The notes beneath the pieces are model-generated. The model saw nothing but the letters and a program-made list of their open reading frames with translations, had not been told where the DNA came from and did not search any database. The position numbers and the translations under genes are program-made. A stretch of 64,000 bases of DNA from Ilumatobacter sp. Its GTDB lineage: Bacteria; Actinomycetota; Acidimicrobiia; Acidimicrobiales; Ilumatobacteraceae. This document shows positions 10,403-19,788 of the stretch, one piece after another. Position 1 is the first letter of the stretch, and each line of letters opens with the position of its first letter. Location of the stretch: the NCBI GenBank assembly GCA_020439405.1, contig JAGQSS010000001.1, positions 31,189 to 95,188 of the forward strand. The letters run 5' to 3'.

Positions 10403-11439
10403 GCGCCACCAGACTGCCGAGTGTCGACATCGGCATCCCGTGTTACGACTACGGCCGATACCTGGCCGACGCGGTGGCGCATGCCCTCGACCAGGACGGC
10501 GTCAGGGTTCGCATCCTGATCGTCGACGACGCGTCGACCGACGACACCGAGTCGATCGGACGAACGCTCGCAGCATCGGACGAGCGGGTCCGCTACCTCC
10601 GGCACCCGGTGAACCTGGGGCCGACAGCGACGTTCAATGACGCGGTGCGGTGGGCCTCGGCCGAATATTTCGCGCTCGTCTCGGCCGACGACCTGCTCGC
10701 GCCCGGAGCACTCGCCCGGGCGGCCGACGTGATGGAGCGCCGACCCGAGGTGGGGTTGGTCTACGGAGAGGCCGTCGACTTCGTCGATGCGCCGGATCGA
10801 TCGTCCATCGGCGATCCCGTCGTCGAGCGGTTCTCGAACGGTGAGGAGTGGCTGACCCGCCGTTGCGTCGAAGCGACGAACACCATCCGATCACCCGAAG
10901 CAGTCGTGCGCACCAGGGTCCAACACCACGTCGGGGGGTACGAGCAGAGTCTCCCGCACACCCACGACTTCCACGTCTGGCTGAAGGTCGCGGCCGTGTC
11001 GGATGTGGTTCGGCTCGGCGGACCCGTGCACGCGTGGTATCGGGTTCATGGTGACAACCTGTCGATTCGCCAAATCGACGGCCTCGAGACCGAGCTACGG
11101 CATCGCCACGCTGCCCTGTCGTTGTTCTTTGCGGAGGGGTGGGTCCCCGAGTCGCTGGGAGCGGATCTGCGTCAAGCATCTGGGGATCGGCTGGCAGCCC
11201 TGGCGATCGACGGTGCGAACCGTCTACTGGATACCTCCGGATCGTCGACGGCTGCCGACGACCTCGTCGCGTTCGCAGCCGAGGTCGGGCAGCCCGGTCG
11301 GTTCGCCTGCTCGATGTACGGACTCCGCCGACGGTCGGGGAGATGGTGGCATCGGAGCGGCGCAGCGATCTCGAGCCGCGTCGTACGACGATTACGGTCG
11401 GAGATCGCCTGGCGGCGTTGGCGACGACTTCCTGATTGA
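10399..11439 (+). CDS. GT2 family glycosyltransferase
   Basis: IPCYDYGRYL, IVDDASTD and SADDLL; ATGA overlap. Confidence 0.92.
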   Translation: MSATRLPSVDIGIPCYDYGRYLADAVAHALDQDGVRVRILIVDDASTDDTESIGRTLAASDERVRYLRHPVNLGPTATFNDAVRWASAEYFALVSADDLLAPGALARAADVMERRPEVGLVYGEAVDFVDAPDRSSIGDPVVERFSNGEEWLTRRCVEATNTIRSPEAVVRTRVQHHVGGYEQSLPHTHDFHVWLKVAAVSDVVRLGGPVHAWYRVHGDNLSIRQIDGLETELRHRHAALSLFFAEGWVPESLGADLRQASGDRLAALAIDGANRLLDTSGSSTAADDLVAFAAEVGQPGRFACSMYGLRRRSGRWWHRSGAAISSRVVRRLRSEIAWRRWRRLPD

Positions 11440-12369
11440 CCAGTCGTCCGGGGCGAGCGACAGCCCTCGTCGCGCCCCGCGCAGGAAACCTCGGATGAGG
11501 GACCACGAACGCCGGAGATGCGTCGGACGCTGCCGTCGGACGATGGCGCGGCCGGACAACATCAGCGCTCGCGCGAGTTCGTCGACGAACGCCGTCACGG
11601 CACGGATGTCTCGTTCACGTGCGTGCTTCCCGAGGCTCGCTCCGATGCCCACGAAGGCTTCGGCGATGTGCGCCGAGGCGACCCGGTCTTTCATCGGTCG
11701 GCCTCCGGAATGGATGACGACCAACCGAGGATCTCGAAGAATGTATGCCCCGTGCGCAAGAGCTCGGAGCGTGATCTCGAAGTCCTCGCCTGCTTTGAGG
11801 TCGCCACCCGGACCGAGATCGACGTCGAATCCGCCCAGCTCCTTGATCAGCGGTGCCGGGGCCACCATGTTCGCGCCGATGCCGATCACGCCGACCGATC
11901 GCCATCGTCGGCCGGCGGTCTCCTCGAACTCGTCGATGTCGAGCGTCGGCACGTGCTCGATCGACTCATCGTGCTCGTACGCGGCGACACGGCCGAACAC
12001 GATGGCATCACGACGTTCGCATGCCAGCGCGTTCTCGATCCAATGCGGTCCGGCCACACAGTCGTCGTCGGTGAACGCGAGCACGTCCGAGCGGGCGATC
12101 CGGATCCCGACGTTGAGTGCGCGACTCTTGCCGATCGATCGCAGAGGCACGTGTCGAATACGCTCGTCCCCGACTCCGTCGACCAGTTGCTCCACAGCGG
12201 CATGGTCATCGGACTGATCGAGTACGAGTACCTCGAAGTCGTCGACCGTCTGCTGGGTCAGCGATGGGATCAGCTGAGCCAGGTCGTCCGTGCGATTCCG
12301 CGTCGGGATCAGAACCGAGACCGCCGGACCCGCAAGAGTGGCTGGTGATGTCTTCCTCGACGTGTTCAT
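11392..12369 (-). CDS. GT2 family glycosyltransferase
   Basis: SVLIPTRNR, FTDDDC, GANM and GGFDVDLGPG..GED. Paralogue of 9503-10402. Confidence 0.9.
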   Translation of the reverse strand: MNTSRKTSPATLAGPAVSVLIPTRNRTDDLAQLIPSLTQQTVDDFEVLVLDQSDDHAAVEQLVDGVGDERIRHVPLRSIGKSRALNVGIRIARSDVLAFTDDDCVAGPHWIENALACERRDAIVFGRVAAYEHDESIEHVPTLDIDEFEETAGRRWRSVGVIGIGANMVAPAPLIKELGGFDVDLGPGGDLKAGEDFEITLRALAHGAYILRDPRLVVIHSGGRPMKDRVASAHIAEAFVGIGASLGKHARERDIRAVTAFVDELARALMLSGRAIVRRQRPTHLRRSWSLIRGFLRGARRGLSLAPDDWSIRKSSPTPPGDLRP

Positions 12370-12490
12370 CAGGTGGATGGCACCGGATGACCCGGCCCCC
12401 GCTCGACGCAGGACCCTACTGCGAGAAACCCGACGAAGTAGAGTACTCGTGTACACCGGCTGGTGAACCACTGGGAACTAGTCTCGGGTC

Positions 12491-13252
12491 ATGGCCGGCT
12501 CCGATGTACTTGTCGCCGCGGGGCGCCGAGTCGTCGACCGCGTGGGCACTGCGTGCCTCCAGCCGCCGCGGCTCGCCTGGAGATCGCAGTTCTCGGCCGG
12601 CGATCCCGCATCGACGACCGTCGCGCTGACCTTTGATGACGGGCCCGCCCCACCCGCCACCGGTCGCACGCTCGATGCGCTGAAGGCATTGGACGTGAAG
12701 GCGACCTTCTTCGTCGTGGGGGCGATGGCGGCGGCGCGGCCGGATCTCGTTCGCCGACTCCACGACGACGGGCACCTGATCGGCAACCACTCGATGTATC
12801 ACAGCCGAACACAGTCACTGGCTCCTGGACGTGAGCGATTGGATCACATCCGCGCTGCGGACGACGCCGTGTGGCGGGCAATCGGTCGACGGCCACGTTT
12901 CTATCGGCCCCCGTGGGGCTGGATGACGAGGTGGGAACGTCGACGCGCGGAGGCATTCGGGTTGGTGCCGATCGGTTGGGACATCGACGCAGGCGACTGG
13001 CAGGTGCCGGAGCAACCGGCATCGGTCACCGCCCGGACCGTCACGGACCGAGTGCGGCCCGGTTCGGTGATCCTCATGCACGACGCAACCTCCAACGTCG
13101 ATCCGTGTGACAAGGTCGAGACGGCGAAGGCCCTGGAACGAATCGTCGAACGGGTTCGGGCGAACGGCCTCGAGTTCGCTCGGATCGACGAACTGACGGG
13201 TCTCCAGCCGTACCGGCCCGTTCCGGCCGATGTAGATCGCCCGAGCAGTTGA
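12491..13252 (+). CDS. Polysaccharide deacetylase (NodB/CE4)
   Basis: All CE4 motifs present: TFDDGP, NHSMYH, RPPWG, DW and ILMHD. Confidence 0.93.
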   Translation: MAGSDVLVAAGRRVVDRVGTACLQPPRLAWRSQFSAGDPASTTVALTFDDGPAPPATGRTLDALKALDVKATFFVVGAMAAARPDLVRRLHDDGHLIGNHSMYHSRTQSLAPGRERLDHIRAADDAVWRAIGRRPRFYRPPWGWMTRWERRRAEAFGLVPIGWDIDAGDWQVPEQPASVTARTVTDRVRPGSVILMHDATSNVDPCDKVETAKALERIVERVRANGLEFARIDELTGLQPYRPVPADVDRPSS

Positions 13253-14019
13253 GCCGACAATTCGGTCCGGTGCGGCAACTTCCGCAGCGAGCCATCGATG
13301 CTGCCGCGAGACGCTTCAACCGGTGGGCGTCTCCGGGTGTGCCGATCGAGTCGCTCCTGAGCCTCGAGTCCGATTCGGCGGCGGTGAGCGCCGAGCTCGT
13401 CCTGCGCTCGGTTCGCGCCGTGTCGGCGATCGACCTGGTGACCGGCTACCTCGACAACCGATTCGTCCTCGGAGGCTACGACGAGACCGGGGCGCATCAC
13501 TTTCGGTGGTGCACGACGCCTGAGCGGGCGGTCATCACACGTGCCACAGGCCGGATGCCTCGCGACGTCCGACGCCGTCTCGACCGGGCCGAGTTCGACA
13601 TCGTCTTCGACGTCGAACTCCGTGCGATACTCGAGGGCTGCCGAGAAGGTCGCGACTCCTGGCTCACCGATGAGCTGATCGACTTGTACGTCGAACTCGA
13701 CGATCTCGGCTTCATGTCGACCGTCGCGACGTACCGAGACGGTGACCTCGTCGGTGGCTACGCCGGAATCCGTGTTGGCGGTTGCTTCGCTGGTCTCAGT
13801 CGATTCCATCGGGCGCCCGGAGCCGGTTCGGTCGCCTACGGTGCACTCGTGGCCGCCCTCCTCGACGGGACGGGACCGTCGATGATCGACAGCGGGCCGA
13901 TGAGTGACCACGTCGCTCGGTTCGGCGCAATCGCTCGCGATCCGGAGGTGCATCGTCGGGCCGTACTCGAGGGATTGGCCGCCCGCGGTCGTCGCTCGAG
14001 CGGCGACGGGCCGGAATGA
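13249..14019 (+). CDS. Leucyl/phenylalanyl-tRNA-protein transferase (Aat)-like protein, divergent
   Basis: WCTTPERAVI, ILEGC, SWLTDELIDLY, GDLVGGYAGIRVGGCFAGLSRF and MIDSG..DHVARFGA follow Aat (WWSPDPRAVL, VIEGC, TWIT..Y, ELVGGMYGV..GTLFCGESMF, LIDCQ..DHTASLGA). Overlaps both neighbours by 4 bp. Confidence 0.8.
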   Translation: MSRQFGPVRQLPQRAIDAAARRFNRWASPGVPIESLLSLESDSAAVSAELVLRSVRAVSAIDLVTGYLDNRFVLGGYDETGAHHFRWCTTPERAVITRATGRMPRDVRRRLDRAEFDIVFDVELRAILEGCREGRDSWLTDELIDLYVELDDLGFMSTVATYRDGDLVGGYAGIRVGGCFAGLSRFHRAPGAGSVAYGALVAALLDGTGPSMIDSGPMSDHVARFGAIARDPEVHRRAVLEGLAARGRRSSGDGPE

Positions 14020-15509
14020 GCGCGACCGCACGCGCAGGGCGTCGACTCGTCGACAACATCGTCGCACTGGTCACGTCACAACTGCTGGGTTGGGTGATGA
14101 GCATCGTGCTCATCGTCGTGGTCTCGCGCTCCATCGGAGCGGTCTCGGTCGGTCATCTCCAGGTGGCCACCACGTGGTGGGCACTTGCTGCGGTGTTCAT
14201 CGGCGCCGGCACTTCGACGGTCGTCACGCTCGACGTCGCGCGGGATCGCGACGCCGGTGCGACGCTGCTGGGTGCCGTCTACCGGGCTCGGCTACTGGTG
14301 TTCGTCCTGGTGACGGGTGTGGTCGCGCTCGCTTCGGCTCTGCTCGGCCAACCGCTCGAGCTGCGCCTGTTGCTCGTCGTACTGGGCGTCAACGCCTTGT
14401 TCACCACGTTCGCCGACGTGGCGGGTTCGACCTTGCAGGGTTACGAGGACCTGGTGGCACCATCCCGGATCGCGGTGATCTCGCGATTCATCGGTGTGGT
14501 GCCGGTACTGATCGCCGTGACCGTCTTCGACGCGCAGGTCATCGTCGTCGCGGTGATCGGCGCCGTTGCGAGCGCCGTTGCGGTCGTCCTGCTCCACCAG
14601 CAGGTTCGAACCTATTGCACGATCTCGTACGTCGCCGACTCGGCAGCCGTTCGGGCGGTGCTCCGACGTGGGCTGCCGTATCTCGGCGGAGCGCTCGCGC
14701 TCACCCTGTATCGCGAGATCGACGTCTTCGTCATGAGCGCGTTGCTCGACTTCGAGCCGCTCGGCTGGTATGCCGCGGCCGATCGACTGGTCAGCTCGAC
14801 CTTGTTCCTGCCGACGGTGGTCGCGGCGGCGTTCTTCCCGGTCGTCGCCCGCATGCACGCCGCCGACGAACGCGAAGCGACGCACTGGTTCGGGAAGGTG
14901 TTCGACTCGATGCTGCTGGTCAGCCTGCCCGCGGGACTCGGTCTCGTCGTCGTGGCCCAGCCCCTGGTCGATCTGGTGCTCGGTGACGAGTTCAGTCGCG
15001 CAGGACCGGTCTTGGCCCTGCTCGGAGTGATGCTGATCTTCACGTTCCACACCACCCTGGTCGGGCAGTTCGCTGTTGCGACAGGTCGCGAGGTTGCCCT
15101 GTACCTGACCGTGTTCGGTGCCGCGCTCCTCACCATTCCGCTCGATCTCGCCTTCGTGCCGTGGACCGACCGCCGCTACGGGAACGGTGCGATCGGCGGG
15201 GCGTTGTCGTACATCGTCACGGAGGTGGTGATCCTCGTCGTGGGCGTGGTGTGGATCGCGCCCGGCATCGTCACACGGTCGTCGGGAGTCCGGGTCGCCA
15301 AGTGCGCCGTTGCGTCCGGTGTCATGGCGGTCGCCGCATGGCAGCTCCGCGAGTTGCCGATCGTCGTCCCCGTCGCCGTGGCCGGCGGCATCTATGTCGT
15401 CATGCTGGTCGTCCTGAGGGTCCTCCACCCCGATGAGCTCGATCGCGTCGAGCGGGCCGCCGCGCGAGTGCGTCGACGGTTCGGCTCAGCGACCGACGAT
15501 GGTGCGTGA
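14016..15509 (+). CDS. Wzx-like oligosaccharide flippase (MOP superfamily)
   Basis: About 14 hydrophobic segments, with YREID..LGWYAAA and FFPVVAR. Confidence 0.9.
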   Translation: MSATARAGRRLVDNIVALVTSQLLGWVMSIVLIVVVSRSIGAVSVGHLQVATTWWALAAVFIGAGTSTVVTLDVARDRDAGATLLGAVYRARLLVFVLVTGVVALASALLGQPLELRLLLVVLGVNALFTTFADVAGSTLQGYEDLVAPSRIAVISRFIGVVPVLIAVTVFDAQVIVVAVIGAVASAVAVVLLHQQVRTYCTISYVADSAAVRAVLRRGLPYLGGALALTLYREIDVFVMSALLDFEPLGWYAAADRLVSSTLFLPTVVAAAFFPVVARMHAADEREATHWFGKVFDSMLLVSLPAGLGLVVVAQPLVDLVLGDEFSRAGPVLALLGVMLIFTFHTTLVGQFAVATGREVALYLTVFGAALLTIPLDLAFVPWTDRRYGNGAIGGALSYIVTEVVILVVGVVWIAPGIVTRSSGVRVAKCAVASGVMAVAAWQLRELPIVVPVAVAGGIYVVMLVVLRVLHPDELDRVERAAARVRRRFGSATDDGA

Positions 15510-16478
15510 ACGCGCTGCGAGCCGAGCGAGCGGTCTCGGCCGGTCGTACCGAATGGTGTGTCGAACATCGCACACCGGAGCGAATCTCCGCTTGTAGTCG
15601 CTGTACCCACCGAGATCGATTCGTTCGAGACCCGACTCGGTCGCCAGGCGGAACGTCTCGTCGATCAATCTGGTCCCGAGTGATCCTCTGGACCAGGAAA
15701 CGTCGCGCGCCGTGATGAGGCCATACACGACGCCCGACGCGACTTCGTTGACGTTGGCCGCCACGTAGTCGCCGCGGTGGCGGAGCCCGACGACGAACAA
15801 CCGGCCGGCCGCGAGGCGCCCGGGCCAGACCCGTTCCATGTCGGCGGCCGCTCCGGTCTCGTCGCTCTGGTGCTCTGACCAGTTCGACCGCCAGTTGTCG
15901 ATCGCCCAGGTGAGGGCACCGACGTCGCCGACGACGGCTTCCACCTCGGCGGTCCGGCCACGCGTCGCTCGCACGTCCTTCCATGCCTTGGACGACCGCC
16001 AGTAGTGCTCGTGTCGGCCATCGAGCGCCATGCCGTGCACTGCGAATGGTATGGCGGTCGACCCCGGGTACCGTGCGGGCGACTCGAACGTCTCCGGTAC
16101 CACGATGTCGTGTCCGATCATGTCCAGACCGTGGTCGTGCGCCCCTGACGACACGTTGCCGCCGATCACCACCGTCGCGGCCACAGGTTCCCAGTGCTGC
16201 TGACGCCGGCGGAGTGTCGAGACGAGGACGGGTTCACCGCGTCGGGAAACGACGACGTGCAGCTTCGGTCGATCGGTCGGCCGGGCGAGTTCGGCCACCT
16301 CGGCCGTCGAGAGCCCGGGCGGTGGACCGAGCCGTGCCAGGGCATCGTCGTGCACCGCCGTCCACACCGGCGATGTGTCGACGTCGTAGCCAGACGTACG
16401 TGCCCTGCCCCGGACGAGGACGTCGATGGCCCGTTCCCGCATCGCTGCGACCGACGAATGCGATGTCACGCGCTTCAC
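15486..16478 (-). CDS. GNAT family N-acyltransferase (CelD/BcsL/FemAB-like)
   Basis: C-terminal SLGTRLI..GLERIDLGGYSDYKRRF. GTG start at 16478 overlaps the upstream TGA. Confidence 0.72.
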   Translation of the reverse strand: MKRVTSHSSVAAMRERAIDVLVRGRARTSGYDVDTSPVWTAVHDDALARLGPPPGLSTAEVAELARPTDRPKLHVVVSRRGEPVLVSTLRRRQQHWEPVAATVVIGGNVSSGAHDHGLDMIGHDIVVPETFESPARYPGSTAIPFAVHGMALDGRHEHYWRSSKAWKDVRATRGRTAEVEAVVGDVGALTWAIDNWRSNWSEHQSDETGAAADMERVWPGRLAAGRLFVVGLRHRGDYVAANVNEVASGVVYGLITARDVSWSRGSLGTRLIDETFRLATESGLERIDLGGYSDYKRRFAPVCDVRHTIRYDRPRPLARLAARSRTIVGR

Positions 16479-17101
16479 ACGGCCAACAGGTTCGAGTGAT
16501 CGCACCGCCGGACGGCCGCCTCCGAGTGCAACTCGTGACGCAGCTCCGAGACTGCCCGCCCGTCGTCGAGGACGCGGGGAACGTCGACCTCGACGATCTG
16601 TCCACCGACCGAGCGCGCGAGCCCGATCGCTCGGACATTGGTGCTGAGCGTCGTGGCCGTGAGACGGGGCTGCCCGAAGTGATGCACCAGAAAGTGGACG
16701 GCGAGCCCGATCGCGGCGGTTCCGACGCCCGAACTCCGGCACTCCTGCCGGACCGCGACTCCGATGTTCGGGACGTTCTCGCTGTCGATCTGGATGAAAA
16801 TGCCGCCGACGACACCTTCGTGCTGATCCGCTTCGATACCGAAGATGATGCCGTTCTGGTGGTACTGGGTGGGTCGACGGTCGAAGCGGCGCCACCACGG
16901 CTCGGACGAGACGAGTGAGGTCATCCGATCGTCGCCGTAGCCGAGGAACGACTGTGCCTCTCGATCGATGAGGCACGCATTGATCGCGCCGAGATGACGC
17001 CGCTGGGGCGTGAACACTCGGACGCCGTTCGCGCGGAAGTCGTGCTCACGCTCGCCGCACCGAACAAGAAACGCCCCGCCGTCGAAGGCTTCCTCCCGCA
17101 T
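16475..17101 (-). CDS. GNAT family N-acetyltransferase (RimJ/RimL-like)
   Basis: IGVAVRQECRSSGVGTAA (acetyl-CoA loop) and TNVRAIGLARSVG. Confidence 0.75.
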   Translation of the reverse strand: MREEAFDGGAFLVRCGEREHDFRANGVRVFTPQRRHLGAINACLIDREAQSFLGYGDDRMTSLVSSEPWWRRFDRRPTQYHQNGIIFGIEADQHEGVVGGIFIQIDSENVPNIGVAVRQECRSSGVGTAAIGLAVHFLVHHFGQPRLTATTLSTNVRAIGLARSVGGQIVEVDVPRVLDDGRAVSELRHELHSEAAVRRCDHSNLLAV

Positions 17102-17183
17102 GCGTTGATGGTAACTCGTACCGATGCAACCCTCGCAGCCGTTACGCTGTCACCGACCACAGCGGAACGACCTTGGCGGGTGC

Positions 17184-17918
17184 ATGATGCGAGCAACAGA
17201 TCTGGTGTACGCAGTCGGCGACCCGGTGCTGACGAAGCTGTTGTCGCCGCCGCACGGCGGTCGTCGACACTACGTCAACCACGGGCCTCGAACCGAGCGT
17301 CGCGTGGCGCTCACCTTCGACGACGGGCCCTGCCGGGGCTCGACCGAGCGACTCCTCGATGCGCTCGGCGAACTCGAGGCGCCCGGCACCTTCTTCTGCG
17401 TCGGCGAGAACGTGCGGTTGAACCCCGAACTGGTCGAGCGGCTCGACCGTGAAGGACATGTCGTGGGGAGCCACTCCGAACGACACAGCCGCGGCGCCGG
17501 GCTCTCGTTCGGCGACACCGAGCACATCCTCGCCGCCGAACGTCGGATCGCCACGGTGCTCGGCAAACGGCCGGCGCTCTACCGACCGCCTTGGGGTTGG
17601 CTGACCCCGTGGGAGGGGAGGCGCCTGCAACGGCTCGGCTACACGATCATCGGGTGGGACGTCTACACGCTCGACTGGCAGATCCCCGAGCCCGACCCCG
17701 CCGATGTGGTGTCGGCGGCGATCGCCGACACCGAACCGGGTTCGATCTTCTGTTTCCACGACGCGTTCCCGCTGGAGGCCGCCTGGGACAAGGACGTCAC
17801 CGTCGACACGATCCGCGAACTCGTCCCCCGGCTGCGGTCGATGGGCTATGAGTTCGTCACCGTCAGCGACCTGCTCGGGGTCGACGCGTATCGAGCGATC
17901 GAGGACGTTGCAGCATGA
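17184..17918 (+). CDS. Polysaccharide deacetylase (NodB/CE4), second copy
   Basis: TFDDGP, SHSERH, RPPWG and FHD; paralogue of 12491-13252. Confidence 0.92.
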   Translation: MMRATDLVYAVGDPVLTKLLSPPHGGRRHYVNHGPRTERRVALTFDDGPCRGSTERLLDALGELEAPGTFFCVGENVRLNPELVERLDREGHVVGSHSERHSRGAGLSFGDTEHILAAERRIATVLGKRPALYRPPWGWLTPWEGRRLQRLGYTIIGWDVYTLDWQIPEPDPADVVSAAIADTEPGSIFCFHDAFPLEAAWDKDVTVDTIRELVPRLRSMGYEFVTVSDLLGVDAYRAIEDVAA

Positions 17919-18844
17919 CGGTCAGCGCTCCGACCCGCCCGACCGTGAGCGTGGTGATGGCCACGAAGAATCGATCCGAACTGGCGCGCCGGACCTTGCA
18001 GTCGCTCTTCGAGCTCGACCCCCACGACTTCGAACTGGAAGTCGTCGTGGTGGACGACGGTTCCACCGACGACACCGTCGAGCAGGTGACACGACTTCCG
18101 GTCCGGCTGATCCGAACCGAGGGAGTGGGCATGGCCGAGGCGCGGTCGCTCGGACTTCGCGCCGCGTCCGGTGATTTCGTCACCGTGCTCGACGACGACG
18201 ACGTCGTGCTTCCCGCTGCCTTCCACTCGCAACTCGCGGTCTTCCGTGAGCATCCCGAGGTGGCGCTCGTCCACGCGCAGGCACAGCTGGTCGGACCCGA
18301 CCTGACACCGTTCGGCGATCCGTTCCCGTACTCGCCGCTGCCGAAGTTCCCTCAGCTCCGCGACTGCCTGTCCTACTTCCCGCAGGTGGGCACCATCGTC
18401 ACGCGGATGGAAGCGGCCCGGGAAGCGGGCGATTTCGATCCGACGTTGCCCGGCGACAACGACTGGGACTGGATGCTGCGCATCGTGCGTCGCCATCCGG
18501 TTGCTGCCGTCGAGGAGCCCGTGTTGCTGTTCCGCCAGCGCGATGAACCGCAGGAGGAGCTGGCCTGGCGGCGCTACCCGGCGGTCGCCACCATTTTCCG
18601 TCGGCACACGGGTGACCTCCCGGTGGTCGACCGTGTCCGGCTCCGGCCGGTCATGTGGAGGCACCGGGGCTGGTGCACGTCGATGTTCCTCAACCACGCC
18701 CACGACAACTGGTGTGCCGGCGACCGGCACCGCGCCCTCACGAGCCTCGGATATGCCGTACGGACCTCGCCGGTGCACGTCGTCGTCGAGGGCGGTCGGC
18801 GGATCGGGCGCAGTCTCGTGCAGCGAGTACGGGGTCACGGGTGA
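17915..18844 (+). CDS. GT2 family glycosyltransferase
   Basis: VVDDGSTD, LDDDD and DWDWMLR. Confidence 0.92.
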   Translation: MTVSAPTRPTVSVVMATKNRSELARRTLQSLFELDPHDFELEVVVVDDGSTDDTVEQVTRLPVRLIRTEGVGMAEARSLGLRAASGDFVTVLDDDDVVLPAAFHSQLAVFREHPEVALVHAQAQLVGPDLTPFGDPFPYSPLPKFPQLRDCLSYFPQVGTIVTRMEAAREAGDFDPTLPGDNDWDWMLRIVRRHPVAAVEEPVLLFRQRDEPQEELAWRRYPAVATIFRRHTGDLPVVDRVRLRPVMWRHRGWCTSMFLNHAHDNWCAGDRHRALTSLGYAVRTSPVHVVVEGGRRIGRSLVQRVRGHG

Positions 18845-19788
18845 CGATCGAACGCGGCGGACTGCACCCCGACCCGCTCGATCTCGCTCCCGTGGAGCGT
18901 GACGACTGGTCGGAACTCATCGGTCGTGCTCACGCGGCGGGGTCGCTCGACCGATTCGCCGAGTCACTGCGGTACGAATCGCTCGACGTCCGTGAGGGCG
19001 TCATCGACGACCTGGCGACCTATTACGGCTTCGATCACCGCGAAGTCGTCGACCGATGCATCCGGTGGGAGGCCTGGTCGGTCGAGGAGTGGACCGACCA
19101 GGAACGCGACAGTGCCGACGGACTGACCGACTTCTATCGCACGACGCGTTCGTGGAGCTTCGATCTGCTTTGGTTCGCCTACCTCCAGGCCGAGTTGCAC
19201 CGGTATCCGGTGAGCGCCGTGATCGCCGCCGATGTGGGGCCACCCGAGGGACGCCGTCATCTCGACTTCGGCTGCGGTGTTGGGGTCACCGGCCAGCTGT
19301 TCGCCCGTTCGGGCTTCGAGAGCGAGGTGGCCGACATCGCGACCGGAATGCTCGACTTCGCCCGGTTTCGGCTCGAACGCCGCGGCGACCACGTCCGCCG
19401 AATCGACCTGAACGACGAGCGGCTCGAGAGCGACCGGTACGACGTCGTCACCGCGATCGACACCCTGGTGCACATCCCCGACCTCGAACGGGTCCTTCGC
19501 GATCTCCACGCTGCGATCCGACCGGGAGGGCTGTTGTTCGCCAACGTGGCGGCTCGACCCCGGACGCTCGAGAACGCGCAGTTCCTGTACGAGGACGAGT
19601 TGCCGGTACGACGTCTGATCCAGCGTTGCGGCTTCGAGCCCCTCGGTCAGCTCGACGGTATGGTCACGAAGTACCGGCGCGTCGAGACGACCGGTATCGC
19701 GCATCTCGCCCGTCGGGCCCGCGACGCAGTCGTGCTCAGCCCGCTGCGTCCGATCGTTCGTGGTTGGCGCGATCGGCTACGCAGCTGA
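18841..19788 (+). CDS. Class I SAM-dependent methyltransferase
   Basis: LDFGCGVG, YDVVTAIDTLVHIPD and IRPGG; GTGA overlap. Confidence 0.88.
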   Translation: MTIERGGLHPDPLDLAPVERDDWSELIGRAHAAGSLDRFAESLRYESLDVREGVIDDLATYYGFDHREVVDRCIRWEAWSVEEWTDQERDSADGLTDFYRTTRSWSFDLLWFAYLQAELHRYPVSAVIAADVGPPEGRRHLDFGCGVGVTGQLFARSGFESEVADIATGMLDFARFRLERRGDHVRRIDLNDERLESDRYDVVTAIDTLVHIPDLERVLRDLHAAIRPGGLLFANVAARPRTLENAQFLYEDELPVRRLIQRCGFEPLGQLDGMVTKYRRVETTGIAHLARRARDAVVLSPLRPIVRGWRDRLRS

